Below, one piece after another: positions 26,761-38,519 of a DNA stretch of 64,000 nucleotides (position 1 is its first letter; each line of letters starts with the position of its first letter). The stretch comes from Octopus sinensis (taxonomy: Eukaryota): NCBI RefSeq assembly GCF_006345805.1, contig NC_042999.1, positions 27,590,001 to 27,654,000 of the forward strand, read 5' to 3'. The notes beneath the pieces are model-generated. The model saw only the letters and a program-made list of their open reading frames with translations, ran no database searches and had not been told where the DNA came from. Both the position numbers and the translations under genes were made by a program.

Positions 26761-27420
26761 TATATGTGTGTGTGTATGCCTTTGCATTTATATGTTTATG
26801 CTTGACCACTACCACCACCACCGGCTGACAACCGGTGTTGGAGTGTTTACATCCCTGTAATTTCAATGTTCGTCAAAAAAAAGACCGATAGAAAATAAAT
26901 AAAGTAAACAAAGATGGAAAACAAAGAAAATATATACTGGGGCTGACTCGTTTGACTAAATTTTCTTCAAGGCGGTGCTCCAGCGGTGCGGTGCCCTAAT
27001 AACTGAAACGAGTTAAAGATAAAAGATGTAGTCCCAAACCAACCAAAGCCTTGTGTGCAGATTTGATAGGTGGAAGCCCGTCGTATACAGGTGTGTATAT
27101 ATATGCATGTGTGTATATATATGCATGTGTGTATATATATGCATGTGTGTATATATATGCATGTGTGTATATATATGCATGTGTGTATATATATATGCAT
27201 GTGTGCGTACCTTTCTGTTTTTGTCCTCCAACTGCTTGACAACAGGTGCCGATTTGTTTATGTCCCATCAATTAGCGGTTCGGCAAAAGTGACTGATAGA
27301 CGTTTTAAAAAAAAAAGTACTGGGATCAATTTGTTCGACTAAAACCCTTCTAGGCAGTGCCCCAGCATGGCCGCATTCCAATGATTTATACAAGACAGAA
27401 TCTATGATATGATATGAAAA

Positions 27421-27995
27421 GGCGGCGAGCTGGCAGAATCGTTAGCACACCGGGCGAAATGCTTAGCGGTTTTTCGCCTGCCGTTACGTTCTGAGTTCAA
27501 ATTCCGCCGAGGTCGACTTTGCCTTTCATCCTTTCGGGATCGATAAATTAAGTACCAGTTACGCACTGGGATCGATATAATCGACTTAATCCGTCTGTCT
27601 GTCCTTTTTTGTCCTCTCTGTGTTTAGCCTCTTGTAGGTAGTAAAGAAACAGAAATAGGTATTTCGTCTGTCTTTACGTTCTGGGTTCAAATTCTGCCGA
27701 GATTGGCTTTGCCTTTCATCCTTTCGGGGTCGATATAATCGACTTAATCCGTCTGTCTGTCCTTGTTTGTCCTCTCTGTGTTTAGCCCCTTGTGGCTAGT
27801 AAAGAAATAGGTATTTCGTCTGTCTTTACGTTCTGGGTTCAAATTCTGCCGAGGTTGACTTTGCCTTTCAACCTTTCGGGGTCGATAAATTAAGTACCAG
27901 TTACGCACTGGGATCGATGTAATCGATTTAATCTGTTTGTCTGTCCTTGTTTGTCCCCTCTATATTTAGCCCCACGTGGGCAATAAAGAAATAAA
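27421..27995 (+). mobile_element. SINE family A with head-to-tail partial tandem duplications
   Basis: One head followed by three reiterations of body and tail. Confidence 0.85.
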
Positions 27996-28475
27996 AAAAA
28001 AAGAAAGAAGAATCTATGATATGTACGAATGTTCTGTGAAAGATAAACAAGAGGCATCCTCCAAGGAAGTCAATCATATCCATCCGATTCATCTTCCTCT
28101 CCACTGATTCACCTGTTAATAATTCTGAGATTAGTTACAATTATAACAATGACACTATCTCTGATAAACGTATGTTCTATAGTCATGACGACCCTGCGTG
28201 ACACAGAACACTTATCATTGATGTTACTCCATATCCACTTAATCAAATTAAAACAATCTATTGACCCGAAAGGTGGCGTGTAATGATTCTAACAATGATG
28301 ATAACAATAGATCACTAAACAGCCTCTTTGTCACTAAATTTGTTAAATAAAACAACTCTGTTGTTTTTCTGAGTTGACTTAGAGACATATCCATTAAGCG
28401 TCTGTTGACTGTAGTGTCCAACTGTTTCAATCAGCTGATGCTATTCATATTATCTCTCTTGCATGTTTTATTATT

Positions 28476-28849
28476 ATTGTCACCTCCGCCTTAGCGAAGG
28501 CGGAGGTATTGTTTTCAATCGTATTTGTTTGTTTGTTTGTCCGTGGACAAGATATCTCAAGAACCGCTGGATGGATTCGGATGAAACTTCCGGGGATGTT
28601 TGGCCTCGTGACTGGCACGAACTGATTAGATTTTGGGATCGATCCGGTACCGGACAAGGATTTTGAATTAATTTTCCTGTTTTTTACTTAATTTTTGAGA
28701 GAGGTGGGATTCATTTTTAATATTCTCGTTTGTGAGAGCAGTTGGGTTTATTTCAGATATTCCCATTTTAAAAATCATCTCTGGATAATCGTTGGGAGGA
28801 CATTGGTATTGCCTTGGCGGAGGTTTGCGCTCTCTGAGTGCTCCTGTTT
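28476..28849 (+). mobile_element. Helentron-associated non-autonomous element (DINE-1/HINE-like)
   Basis: Subterminal inverted repeats ACCTCCGCC / GGCGGAGGT, 5' fold-back, internal (GTTT)n, 3' hairpin GCGCTCTCTGAGTGC. Confidence 0.65.
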
Positions 28850-28864
28850 ATTATTATCATTATT

Positions 28865-28911
<47 letters not shown>

Positions 28912-28923
28912 CATTATTATTAT

Positions 28924-29480
28924 TGAGTGAGAGAGCAGTTCATGCCATCAAAGTGACACTGGGGTAAAATATACGAAGCCCAATATACCCATCATGACTA
29001 CCCGTCTGATAAGGGTACACCAGGCACATGCATCACAACCATATGTGCGCGACATGGTGATCTCATATCAAGATGAACAGCACATGACCTTGCAGGTGGG
29101 GCCCAGTTAGAAATTTCTTCAGGTTGAGTAGCCCATCCTGCTCAAAAGATCCCTGAATAAGGGTTGTTTAAGGATGTTGAAAGAACCACCCAAGTTTCCA
29201 GAGGTGAATTATTCAAACCCCAAAGAATCCCTCTCAACACATGGCTATGATGCTCCCCCACTACTTCTGCTCGGGATCAGAGATGCACATATCATCAGCC
29301 ACTAAGGGACATGCTCAACTGGTTAAGGTCAAACAACTGACAAGCAAATCTGTGGTTTTGAGCAGAATATTTGCTGTGGCCCATCTTTTATACCAAGACA
29401 AAACAATGTACATGATAACACTTCCAATCAGTTAAGATCAGAAGCCATGAGAGCCACTGCCTGGTACTGCATCAGGGCAT
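28924..29480 (-). mobile_element. Family F element, full length, in (TTA)n
   Basis: ~555 bp, (TTA)n on both flanks. Confidence 0.88.
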
Positions 29481-29539
29481 ATTATTATGATCATTATTAT
29501 TATTATTATTATCATTATTATTATTATTGTGAAGACTGG

Positions 29540-29747
29540 GTAAGGCGGCAAGCTGACAATCGTTTGCACGCCGGGCGAAATGATTTACGTTCTGATTTCA
29601 AATTCCGCCGAGGTTGACTCTGCCATTCATCCTTTCGTGGCCGATAAATTAAGTACCAGTGAAAAACTGGGGTCGATGTAATCGACTTAATCCCTTACCC
29701 CAAATTTGAGGCCTTGTGCTTCCAGTAGAAAGAATTATTGTTGCTGC

Positions 29748-29779
<32 letters not shown>

Positions 29780-30000
29780 TTGTTGTTGTTATTGTGAATA
29801 TTGGGTAAGGGGGTAAGCTGGCAGAATCGTTAGCACACCAGGCAAAATGCTTTACGTTCTGAGTTCAAATTCCGCTGAGGTTGACTTTGCCTTTCATCCT
29901 TTCGTGGTCGATAAAATAAGTGCCAGTTGAGCACTTGGATTGATCTGATCGACTTAGCCCCTTTCCCCGAAATTTCTGGCCATGTGCCGTAATTTGAAAC
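29540..30000 (+). mobile_element. Two SINE family A copies separated by (GTT)n
   Basis: Both carry CCGAGGTTGACTTTGCCTTTCATCCTTTCG..GATAAA..AAGTACC. Confidence 0.75.
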
Positions 30001-30301
30001 CAACGTTAAATTTGCGTAAGAAAAGTCGGACAAAATGCTTCTAAACATCTTGTTCGGCGCGGTGACGATTCTGTCACCTCGCCGCCCTTACTCAAATTCA
30101 GTATTGATTTCTAAAATAGCTATAAGGACGTGAAATCAGGAGAGAGCTGAGTTGTCTTAGTCTACCACAGTGGTTGACTGGTGCTTTATTTAGCCAACCA
30201 CTGAAGAATGAACGCAGAACGTTAAGGAATTTAACTAACTGAAGCATAACATTTTATCTATCACTCTACAATCTCAAAAGATTCAACTACAGCTATTATA
30301 C

Positions 30302-30520
30302 CAGTGCTTTTCAAACTTTTTGCTGGAGCGGAACCCCAAGGAAACATTCCACTGGCTCGAGGAGCCCCTGTGCAATAATTTAATAGTCTTCTGCACAAAT
30401 ATCTGCACAGGAGAATTAAAAATTACTGCCGATTTTAGCAGTTTTGTAACTTCTTGCGGAACCCCTGGACTGTACTGGCGGAACCCTAAGGTTCTGCGGA
30501 ACCCTGGTTGAAAACCACTG
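30302..30520. mobile_element. hAT-type MITE
   Basis: TIR CAGTGCTTTTCAA/TTGAAAACCACTG. Perfect 8-bp TSD TATTATAC. Confidence 0.88.
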
Positions 30521-30878
30521 TATTATACAATAATAAATTACAGCAATATCAACACTGCTATAAGAAATAGCTGTTGAATCTCATTCAAATCACACCTTAA
30601 CATCATAAAATAGAAGAGAAATAAAGCCTACTTTTAAAAATGGCTAAAGAATTAGCTTACCAATAAACTGTTGGCTTAAACAATGGAGATTTTGCGACAG
30701 AAGGGTAACATTTACTCTCAGTAAATAGAGCAAATTTTGGGAAATCAGGGCCGAAATGTTTAGAATTGCTAAATTTACTAACTTATTATAAACATACTGA
30801 ATTACTTCCAAATGTTAGTTTGAGAATATTGTTGACCATTCCAGTAGAAAGATATTTTAGCAAACTAAATGCGTCAAA

Positions 30879-31133
30879 AGTGGAGGCGCGTAGCTTAGTG
30901 GTTAGGGTGTCAGCACTATGATCGCAAGATTGTGGTTTCGATTCCTGGACCGGGCAACGCGTTGTGTTCTTGGGCAAAACACTTCATTTCACGTTACTCC
31001 AGTCAACTCAGCTGGCAAAAATGAGTAACGCTGCGATGGATTGGCGTCTCGTCCAGCTGAGGAACACATACGCCATAGAAACCGGGAAACCGGGCCCATG
31101 AGCCTGGCTAGGCTTTAAAAGGATGCATTTATT
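30879..31133 (+). mobile_element. tRNA-headed SINE family D (CORE-like body)
   Basis: A/B boxes. Tail shared with family E. Confidence 0.8.
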
Positions 31134-31402
31134 ATAAATGCGTCAAAAACTATTTGTAGTCCCCAATGTCTCAAATCTGATTTTGGTGGGGTTAGCGAGA
31201 TGGAGTTCTGAAATTAAGAATTGTCAGTGAAATTGATTTTAATAGTGATATTAGAAATTTTACAAAAGGTAAAACCAGAAAAGAGCATTTCATTAGTTGA
31301 TTAGATACTTTGTATAACTTCTATTGTTATTTAGTTACTCTTGTGCTAAAGTGATAAATTATCCGAACGTTTACAAACGATAATATTCTGTTAAACTAAA
31401 GA

Positions 31403-31612
31403 GGTGAGCTGGCAGAATCGTTAGCACGCCGGGCAAAATGCCTAGCAGCATTTCGTCCGTTTCTATGCTCTGAGTTCAAATTCCGCCGAGGTTGACTTTG
31501 CTTTTCATCCTTTCGGGATCGATAAAATAAGTAACAGTTGAGTTCTAGGATCGATGTAATCGACTCGGCCCTCTCTCAAAATTGCTGGCCCCGTACCAAA
31601 ATATGAAATCAA
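31403..31612 (+). mobile_element. SINE family A, diverged
   Basis: Match to family A. Confidence 0.75.
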
Positions 31613-32331
31613 TATTTGGATAAATTGACATTTGCAGTAATGTTCAATTATGCTTTCGTAATCATAGACAAATCAAAAGCTATTTTTGCTCATAAATTAT
31701 CATAACTTTTTTTTTTCTTCAAAGAAGGAAAAACTACAACATTAAAATTTAATATTATACAGATTAATTCTATTGAAAAAACTCAATTCAGGATTTAATG
31801 TTTGTAGCGAACTCTAGTGAACTTCTTCTCTCTATTATATATGCATACATACGAACATAGCTGGTAAGAGCTAACTTTTGGGCGCTGTTTTGGACCCCGT
31901 TGTGTCTACCACTCTGATTGGTTGGTATTGGCGTAATTTGTCTCTTATTTTATCGTGCGCCAATATGCAACCCAACCAATCGCAACCTCCAAATAACCAA
32001 GGAAAACGAATAGCCCGGACAGTTCAGGTCTGGAGTGTAAACAAGTAAATACTAATAAGAAAATGTGGCATTTGGTAACACATTTAAAAAGTACCGCCAT
32101 AAAGCGCAAAATAACGAAATTTAAAGGTGCCATAAGGATTAAATTACCGGCTGAACGTTACCCGGAACACATAAAGGGAGTTGTGATTGATAAGAAAAGG
32201 TATAAAATGTTAAAAGAACTATTTGGAGATGAAGTGAACCCTTTGGGGGAAGAAATTGAATTTGAAGAACAACCAAAAGTATTTACATACGAGGAGTTAA
32301 TACCTGTTATGAATGGTAATAAGGAAGTACT

Positions 32332-32565
32332 GAAGGCGGCGAGCTGGCAGAAACGTTAGCACGCCAGCCGAAATACGTAGCTGTATTTCGTCTGCCGTTA
32401 CGTTCTGAGTTCAAATTCCGCCGAGGTTGACTTTGCCTTTCATCCTTTCGGGGTCGATTAAATAAGTACCAGTTACGCACTGGAGTCGATATAATCGACT
32501 TAATCCGTTTGTCTGTCCTTGTTTGTCCTCTCTGTGTTTAGCCCCTTGTGGGTAGTAAAGAAATA
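32332..32565 (+). mobile_element. SINE family A, full length, with TSD
   Basis: 17-bp TSD GGTAATAAGGAAGTACT at 32315-31 and 32566-82. Confidence 0.92.
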
Positions 32566-33324
32566 GGTAATAAGGAAGTACTTTAAAAGAAGAAAAGAAA
32601 AGAAATAGACTTATTTACAAAGGAGAAAGAGAAAAGAAAAAAAGTAGAAATAGACTTTAAAAAAAACGGGAAAAAGATGCAAAAAGAAAAAAAGAAAACT
32701 TTCATAACTTGTATAACTTAACAGTTAAATGGTATTGCTTGAGAAGTGGGGTTCAATGCAGCCATTTCATTATCATTTTTTCTTTTTCTTTTTCATTCGT
32801 TTTATATTTTTTGTCCTCACCGTAGTGTCCTGTCTGTCCTTGTGCTGTTCTGTCTGTAAGAGCTTGAGTGCTTATATAAAGAAATACTGTTGGTTCTAGA
32901 CCTCCTAAGGTCTAACCACTGACCACATTACAGCGACCACCATCTTCGTCGCCACCATGATGTCTCTCACCAACGTCGTCAACAACATCTACCCAGTACC
33001 AACACACTGCGCTGGTTCTAACATATCGCTGTTCGTGATCTTTCCTCACCAGGGTTAACAGCTAACATACAACCCACGCAGATGTATGTAGATATAAGAA
33101 TAAATGTACATCGATCACTTTCATTTATCATTCAGATTGTGTATGTACGTGTGGCCACATTAAAGGTATATAAAGTCATAGCCTTGTTTTATGTATTTTT
33201 CATACTGGGTTCCCTGTCAAATGATATTACAGCCTTCTGAGTAGAGTCACATCAGATGGAATACAACCTATCCATCTATATGTTCATCTGAGCCTTATAT
33301 CCTCAATCTTAAAAGAAACATATT

Positions 33325-33742
33325 GGATCTTTTCGGTTTGAACGGCAGTTTTTTCTAGCGGTGTCATATGAAATTTTCACCGATAATTATGACCCAAGTA
33401 TCTATCTATTGCATTTCAATCTGTTTTATGGTTAGGGTTACGGGTGGGGACAAGGGTATCTTTTTTTTCTTCACAAATGTAAATAAACCCAATCTGTTTC
33501 TTAAACGAGGGACATATTCATACGGCACAGAATGTTTTTTATCTCAATGGACGTATTTGATTGGTTGAAATTGCAGAAATTGAAGAAAAAAATCAACAAA
33601 TATCTTACAAACTATAGAATTTTCTCAATAAAGCCAAGAGAAAAAGATGTTTTATAAACACATTCTACCAGTATACGAAGTTTAAAATTTTTTAATTACC
33701 TAGAAATTATGTTAAAAACTGCCGTTCAAACTGAAAAGATCC
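33325..33742 (+). mobile_element. MITE family M1
   Basis: Both TIRs present. TSD not recognisable. Confidence 0.82.
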
Positions 33743-34854
33743 GAAATGAGTTTTATTCCTTGTAAAATATTTCACGGGGAGCCTGGCCACGGCTCCAAAA
33801 GAAAGCAACACTTGAGTTCTTCAAATTATTTTAAGGGACAGCTAAACATTTACAGACGGAGAACATGCTTTAGTTTATCAGCCAGACTGTTAATATATTA
33901 GAGTTGCTCTTTAAAAGCTTGAAAAATATATTTGAATACGTGAAAATAATGACTGTTGTGATTGATTGTAAGTCTGTAACACTGCGTTTACTATCAACGG
34001 TGATATCAACTAATGCATCAAAGGCAGTCAATTTAGTTGAGTTATTTTCATTTATTATTGTATTTTATGTGAGCCTTTAAACTTTATGGACTTTTTCAGA
34101 TTCAATATATAATACCAGAGCTGGGTTTCAACTTCTTATTTAACAACAGTGTTCGTTTCAACTGCAGTATTCTGCCTCGGAAGCTTTATTTTAAACATCC
34201 AGACTTTGATGGTAAAAATCGCTTATTTTCTGTTCATTTTTGAAGTAAAACGAAATAATCTATTTAGATTAATTTAATTATAAAATTGCAATAGGTAAGC
34301 TAATTGTCGTTGTTATTGCTCAGTGGTAGGTCGACCTTGAACGGAATCGAACCATGATCTTAGTTATTCCTGTCATAATCCGTCTTTTCCAAATGTTTCC
34401 GACCAAGGACAACGTCGTCAATGAGCTTTTCTCTCTTTAAGTGAGTAACGCTCGATTTCATGAAGATTTGGCAGCTATTTATAGCACATTGAGCAGCATA
34501 CAGTAAATCTGTGGTTGCCTGTGTTAATACAATTAACTAGTAATGATCTGCGTAAATATAAATAACACACAGACCTCTAAACAAATTAGGAATTAAAAAA
34601 ATATTGCAAGGAAGACGATGTGAGAAACAGGGGAAGTAACTTGCTGCAAGGGAGACAACTCATTAGGTTGTCTATGCCTTAGTAACGTGTAATCAATAAA
34701 TCGGTATAAAGTGGACAATGAAATCTGTAAGTGACAGACCTCTGCCATCTCGTTCCTTTAACATACCTGTTCTTGTTTTCATCGGTGACACAATACTTTC
34801 ACGATAATCTTTGATATATATGCAATGGTTATCATCATCTAAACTATGTAAAAA

Positions 34855-34911
34855 ATGTCGACTGGATTAAGTTATCAAGGACTACGGTGTGCACATCAAG
34901 CACGAGAAGCG
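34855..34911 (+). CDS. KATNAL2: KATNAL2 coding exon 1 (MSTGLSYQGLRCAHQAREA)
   Basis: ATG at 34855. The translation matches the remembered KATNAL2 N-terminus (MELSYQTLKFTHQAREA). Strong donor GCG|GTAAGT at 34912, phase 0. Confidence 0.9.
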
Positions 34912-35092
34912 GTAAGTTTTCGTTGTATAGCAATTTCATTTCATATCATAGTCGTTGTACACACATATACATGTATGAGCTTGTATATATTGTATGTATG
35001 TACACACACACATACACACACTTAATTTACAATACATATTTACACCTAAACAACTTTAAATTTATCCAAAATTTAAAACTTGATATAAATAT

Positions 35093-35850
35093 ATCCGTGG
35101 TAAGTAGCTTGTTTACCAACCACATTGTTCCGGGTTCAGTCCCACTGCGTGGCACCTTGGGCAAGTGTCTTCTACTATAGCCTCGGGCCAGCCAAAACCT
35201 TGTGAGTGGATTTGGTAGACGGAAAACTGAAAGAAGTCCGTCGTATATATATATGTATGTGTGTATGTTTGTCTGTCTGTGTTTGTCCCCCTAGCATTGC
35301 TTGACAACCGATGCTGGTGTGTTTATGTCCCCCTCACTTAGCGGTTCGGCAAAAAGAGACCGATAGAATAAGTACTGGGCATACAAAGAATAAGTCCCGG
35401 GGTCGAGTTGCTCGATTAAAGTCGGTGCTCCAGCATGGCCGCAGTCAAATGACTGAAACAAATAAAAGAGTAAAAAGAGTATACCGTAGGAGTGGCAGTG
35501 TGGTAAGTAGCTTGTTTACCAACCACATGGTTATGGGTTCAGTCCCACTGCGTGGCACCTTGGGCAAGCGTCTTCTACTATAGCCTCGGGCCGACCAAAG
35601 CCTTGTGAGTGGATTTGGATGTCCGTCGTATATATGTATGTATATGTTTGTGTGTCTGTGTTTGTCCCCCAAGCATTGGTTGACAACCGATGCTGGTGTG
35701 TTTGCGTCCCCCGTAACTTAGCGGTTCGGCAAAAGATCCGATAGAATAAGTAATAGGCTTACTAAGAATAAGTCCTGGGGTCGTTTTGCTCGACTAAAGG
35801 CGGTGCTCCAGCATGGCCACAGTCAACTGACTGAGACAAGTAAAAGAGTA
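35093..35850 (+). mobile_element. Two tandem SINE family B copies in KATNAL2 intron 1
   Basis: Copies at ~35093-35477 and ~35488-35850. Confidence 0.85.
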
Positions 35851-35933
35851 TACCTTAATACTACTCATTTTGATTAATTTTATATAATTGTGCCTCTGCG
35901 TGACCGCTAGAAAACGAAACCAAATCACATCTT

Positions 35934-36357
35934 GGCGATCTTTCGTCTCTAGTAGACCTTTCCGTCGATTTCCGTAAAAAATTTTTTTTTTTTACATATG
36001 GGCTTGCGGGAACTTTTGAAGTAATATACATACATATACACATACACCGAGTAAAAAATTTCAGTTATCTCTTTCTTTCACACATTACTCTGTCTCTTCA
36101 CACACACTAACAGAAGCACTTCACTTACACAACATACTGGCTATCTCCCACACCCTATCAAACACACACACACACACACATGTCCATCAATGCTCCCATG
36201 CACGGTAACTTCAAAAGAACTTCCCTCGTCATACAATCGCTTTCTCTTAGTCTCTTTCGCTCTCATTACTTCAAAAGTTCCCGCAAGCCCATATGTAAAA
36301 AAAAAAAATTTTTTTACGGAAATTGACGGAAAGGTCTACTAGAGACGAAAGATTGCC
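35934..36357. mobile_element. MITE M2 with ~92-bp TIRs
   Basis: 35934-36025 is the near-perfect reverse complement of 36265-36357. TSD CACATCTT/CACACCTT. Confidence 0.85.
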
Positions 36358-37044
36358 CACACCTTATGTAATGCAAACAGCACAGCATTGGGAGAAAAGG
36401 TGTCTTTACTCGTGTGTAAATTTTTAATAACAAGAAACACACGCACGAAAACAGATGGAGAATCGATTATATTTATGTGTTTTTGTGTGTATGTGTATTA
36501 TGCATTTTTGTTTTTCGAGTGTGTGGCAGCAGCTACATTGTCAAATATATTCTGCTTTAGGTCAGAGAGGTTACCATCATGCTATTTAATATTTTGGATT
36601 AACATTTTCGAAAATAACATCTTAGATAACAGTATCTACAGTTGTTTTTGTTTAGCCCTATAATTGAGAAGGCCTATAATCAAAGGCCTTCCAGCCATCA
36701 CCTCCAGTCTGATTATTAAAACTCTTAAGTGTGATTTGATTGAAAATTTGCCTGCTGTTTCTACCAGCTCATAAATATCCTCTGTTTTTGAACTAACTAG
36801 AATAGTTTGAATTGATGGTTGCTGTGATATTTATACATTTCTGTAGGAATTTACCAGTATAAAATAGCAATAAATGAGTATGCTCATTGTCATAGCTGAG
36901 TACTGGAGTCCAGCATGACAGGAGGTCAGTGTTAAATAAAATCTTCTACTCTCTAGAGCAAGCAGTAGGTTTTAACTTGTGATTCTTTATCCTCTCAGCC
37001 ATCTTACATCTACATTTAATAAACATCTATATATAAACATCATA

Positions 37045-37450
37045 GGCACAGGAGTGGCTGTGTGGTAAGTAGCTTGTTTACCAACAACATGGTTCCGGGT
37101 TCAGTCCCACTGCATGGCACCTTGGGCAAGTTTCTTCTACTATAGCCTCAGGCCAACCAAAGCCTTGTGAGTGGATTCGGTAGACGGAAACTGAAAGAAG
37201 CACGTTGTATATATGTATATATATATGTATGTGTGTGTATGTTGTGTATCTGTATTTGTCCTCCCAACATCGCTTGACAACCAATGCTGGTGTGTTTAGG
37301 TCCCCGTAACTTAGCTGTTCAGCAAAAGAGACCAATAGAATAAGTACCAGGCTTACAAAGAATAAGTCCTGGGGTCGATTTGATTCGACTAAAAGTGGGG
37401 CTCCAGCATGGCCACAGTCAAATGACTGAAACAAGTAAAAGAATAAAAGA
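37045..37450 (+). mobile_element. SINE family B
   Basis: Full-length match. Confidence 0.85.
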
Positions 37451-37771
37451 ATATTTTTCTCGGGTGGGCTTAAACTGTGACAATCCAATCTTCTTTGCAT
37501 GATTAATCTTTACAAGAGGATGGAATTTGGTGGAGATTTGGCTATAATTTTAGGAAATCAAACAACCTCGGTGTTTTTCAGTGTGATTTGAGAAAGATTT
37601 GACTTGTATTTCTAGCAAGTTGAGTAACCATATCAACACTTCCTCACAGACTCGTCTGTAACACCAATGTTATTCCACAGAAGATTGGTGTAGAGAAAAA
37701 GAAGTACTTAACTTAAAATATATCAATGCTTATTTATGAAATTCCATAAGAATTCTCACTTTTATTTTCAG

Positions 37772-37842
37772 GAGGAATTAAAAACATCCCAAAGACGGAA
37801 AAATCTTCTAATACTTATCATTCACTATCTTACCGAACAAGG
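37772..37842 (+). CDS. KATNAL2: KATNAL2 coding exon 2 ([24 protein letters not shown]), start of LisH motif
   Basis: Acceptor TTTTATTTTCAG| and donor GG|GTTAGT. The peptide matches vertebrate KATNAL2 [23 protein letters not shown]. Phase 0 in, phase 2 out. Confidence 0.93.
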
Positions 37843-38306
37843 GTTAGTACATTGACTCTCCTTTATTTTTAAATCCCCATTACATATATCATCATTATCA
37901 TCATCATCATCATCATCATCATTATCATCATCGTCAATTTTGTTGTCATTATCTTTTATGTCCCCTTTTGATGCTGATGTAGGTTGGATGGGTCAGTATA
38001 GTTTCAATCCATTCTTATTTGGAGTTGCTGCTCTCCCAGATGAGTTGGAGGATCATGTCTCATGCTTACCATCACCCCCTTTGGTCATAAATGACCATGG
38101 AACTGCATCTAGAAAGATCCCTTCTGAGGCACAAATCTGAGCAAGGTTGTTTGTGGCTGACCAGCAGTAGTCCATGCATACCGTTCACCTCTCTCAACAC
38201 CACAAATGTTGTCCAAGGGAAAGGCACAATCAATGCAGCTTGGCCCAGTGATGTCACAACCCATTTCTACAGCTGAATGAATTGGAGCAATATAGAGCTA
38301 TACATA

Positions 38307-38377
<71 letters not shown>

Positions 38378-38456
38378 TTATATAAATAAGGATAAGATCG
38401 TTATTTAAATACCGATCTTATTAGGTGCCCAGCATGAGAATAAAAACCTTCAAAGG

Positions 38457-38519
38457 TAATTCTACTGATGAAGGCAGAGCATTTCTTATGCAGAGCCAGA
38501 AATCCAGAATCTAGAATTA
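38457..38519 (+). ncRNA. Type I hammerhead ribozyme motif, probably partly decayed
   Basis: 8-bp stem I TAATTCTA/TAGAATTA; CTGATGA 38465-71; stem II GGC..GCAT-ttctt-ATGC..GCC; GAAA 38499-502; only a 2-bp stem III; ATC triplet at 38509-11. Confidence 0.62.

Noticed and set aside
27421-27995. Repeats with spacers as a CRISPR-like array (also the RTE 3' UTR units at 44830-45050)
   Set aside because: Eukaryotic context, the spacers are themselves homologous, and there are no cas genes.
28020-28440. Unique region with short ORFs as exons
   Set aside because: Stops in each frame examined, no convincing splice pair and no recognisable homology.
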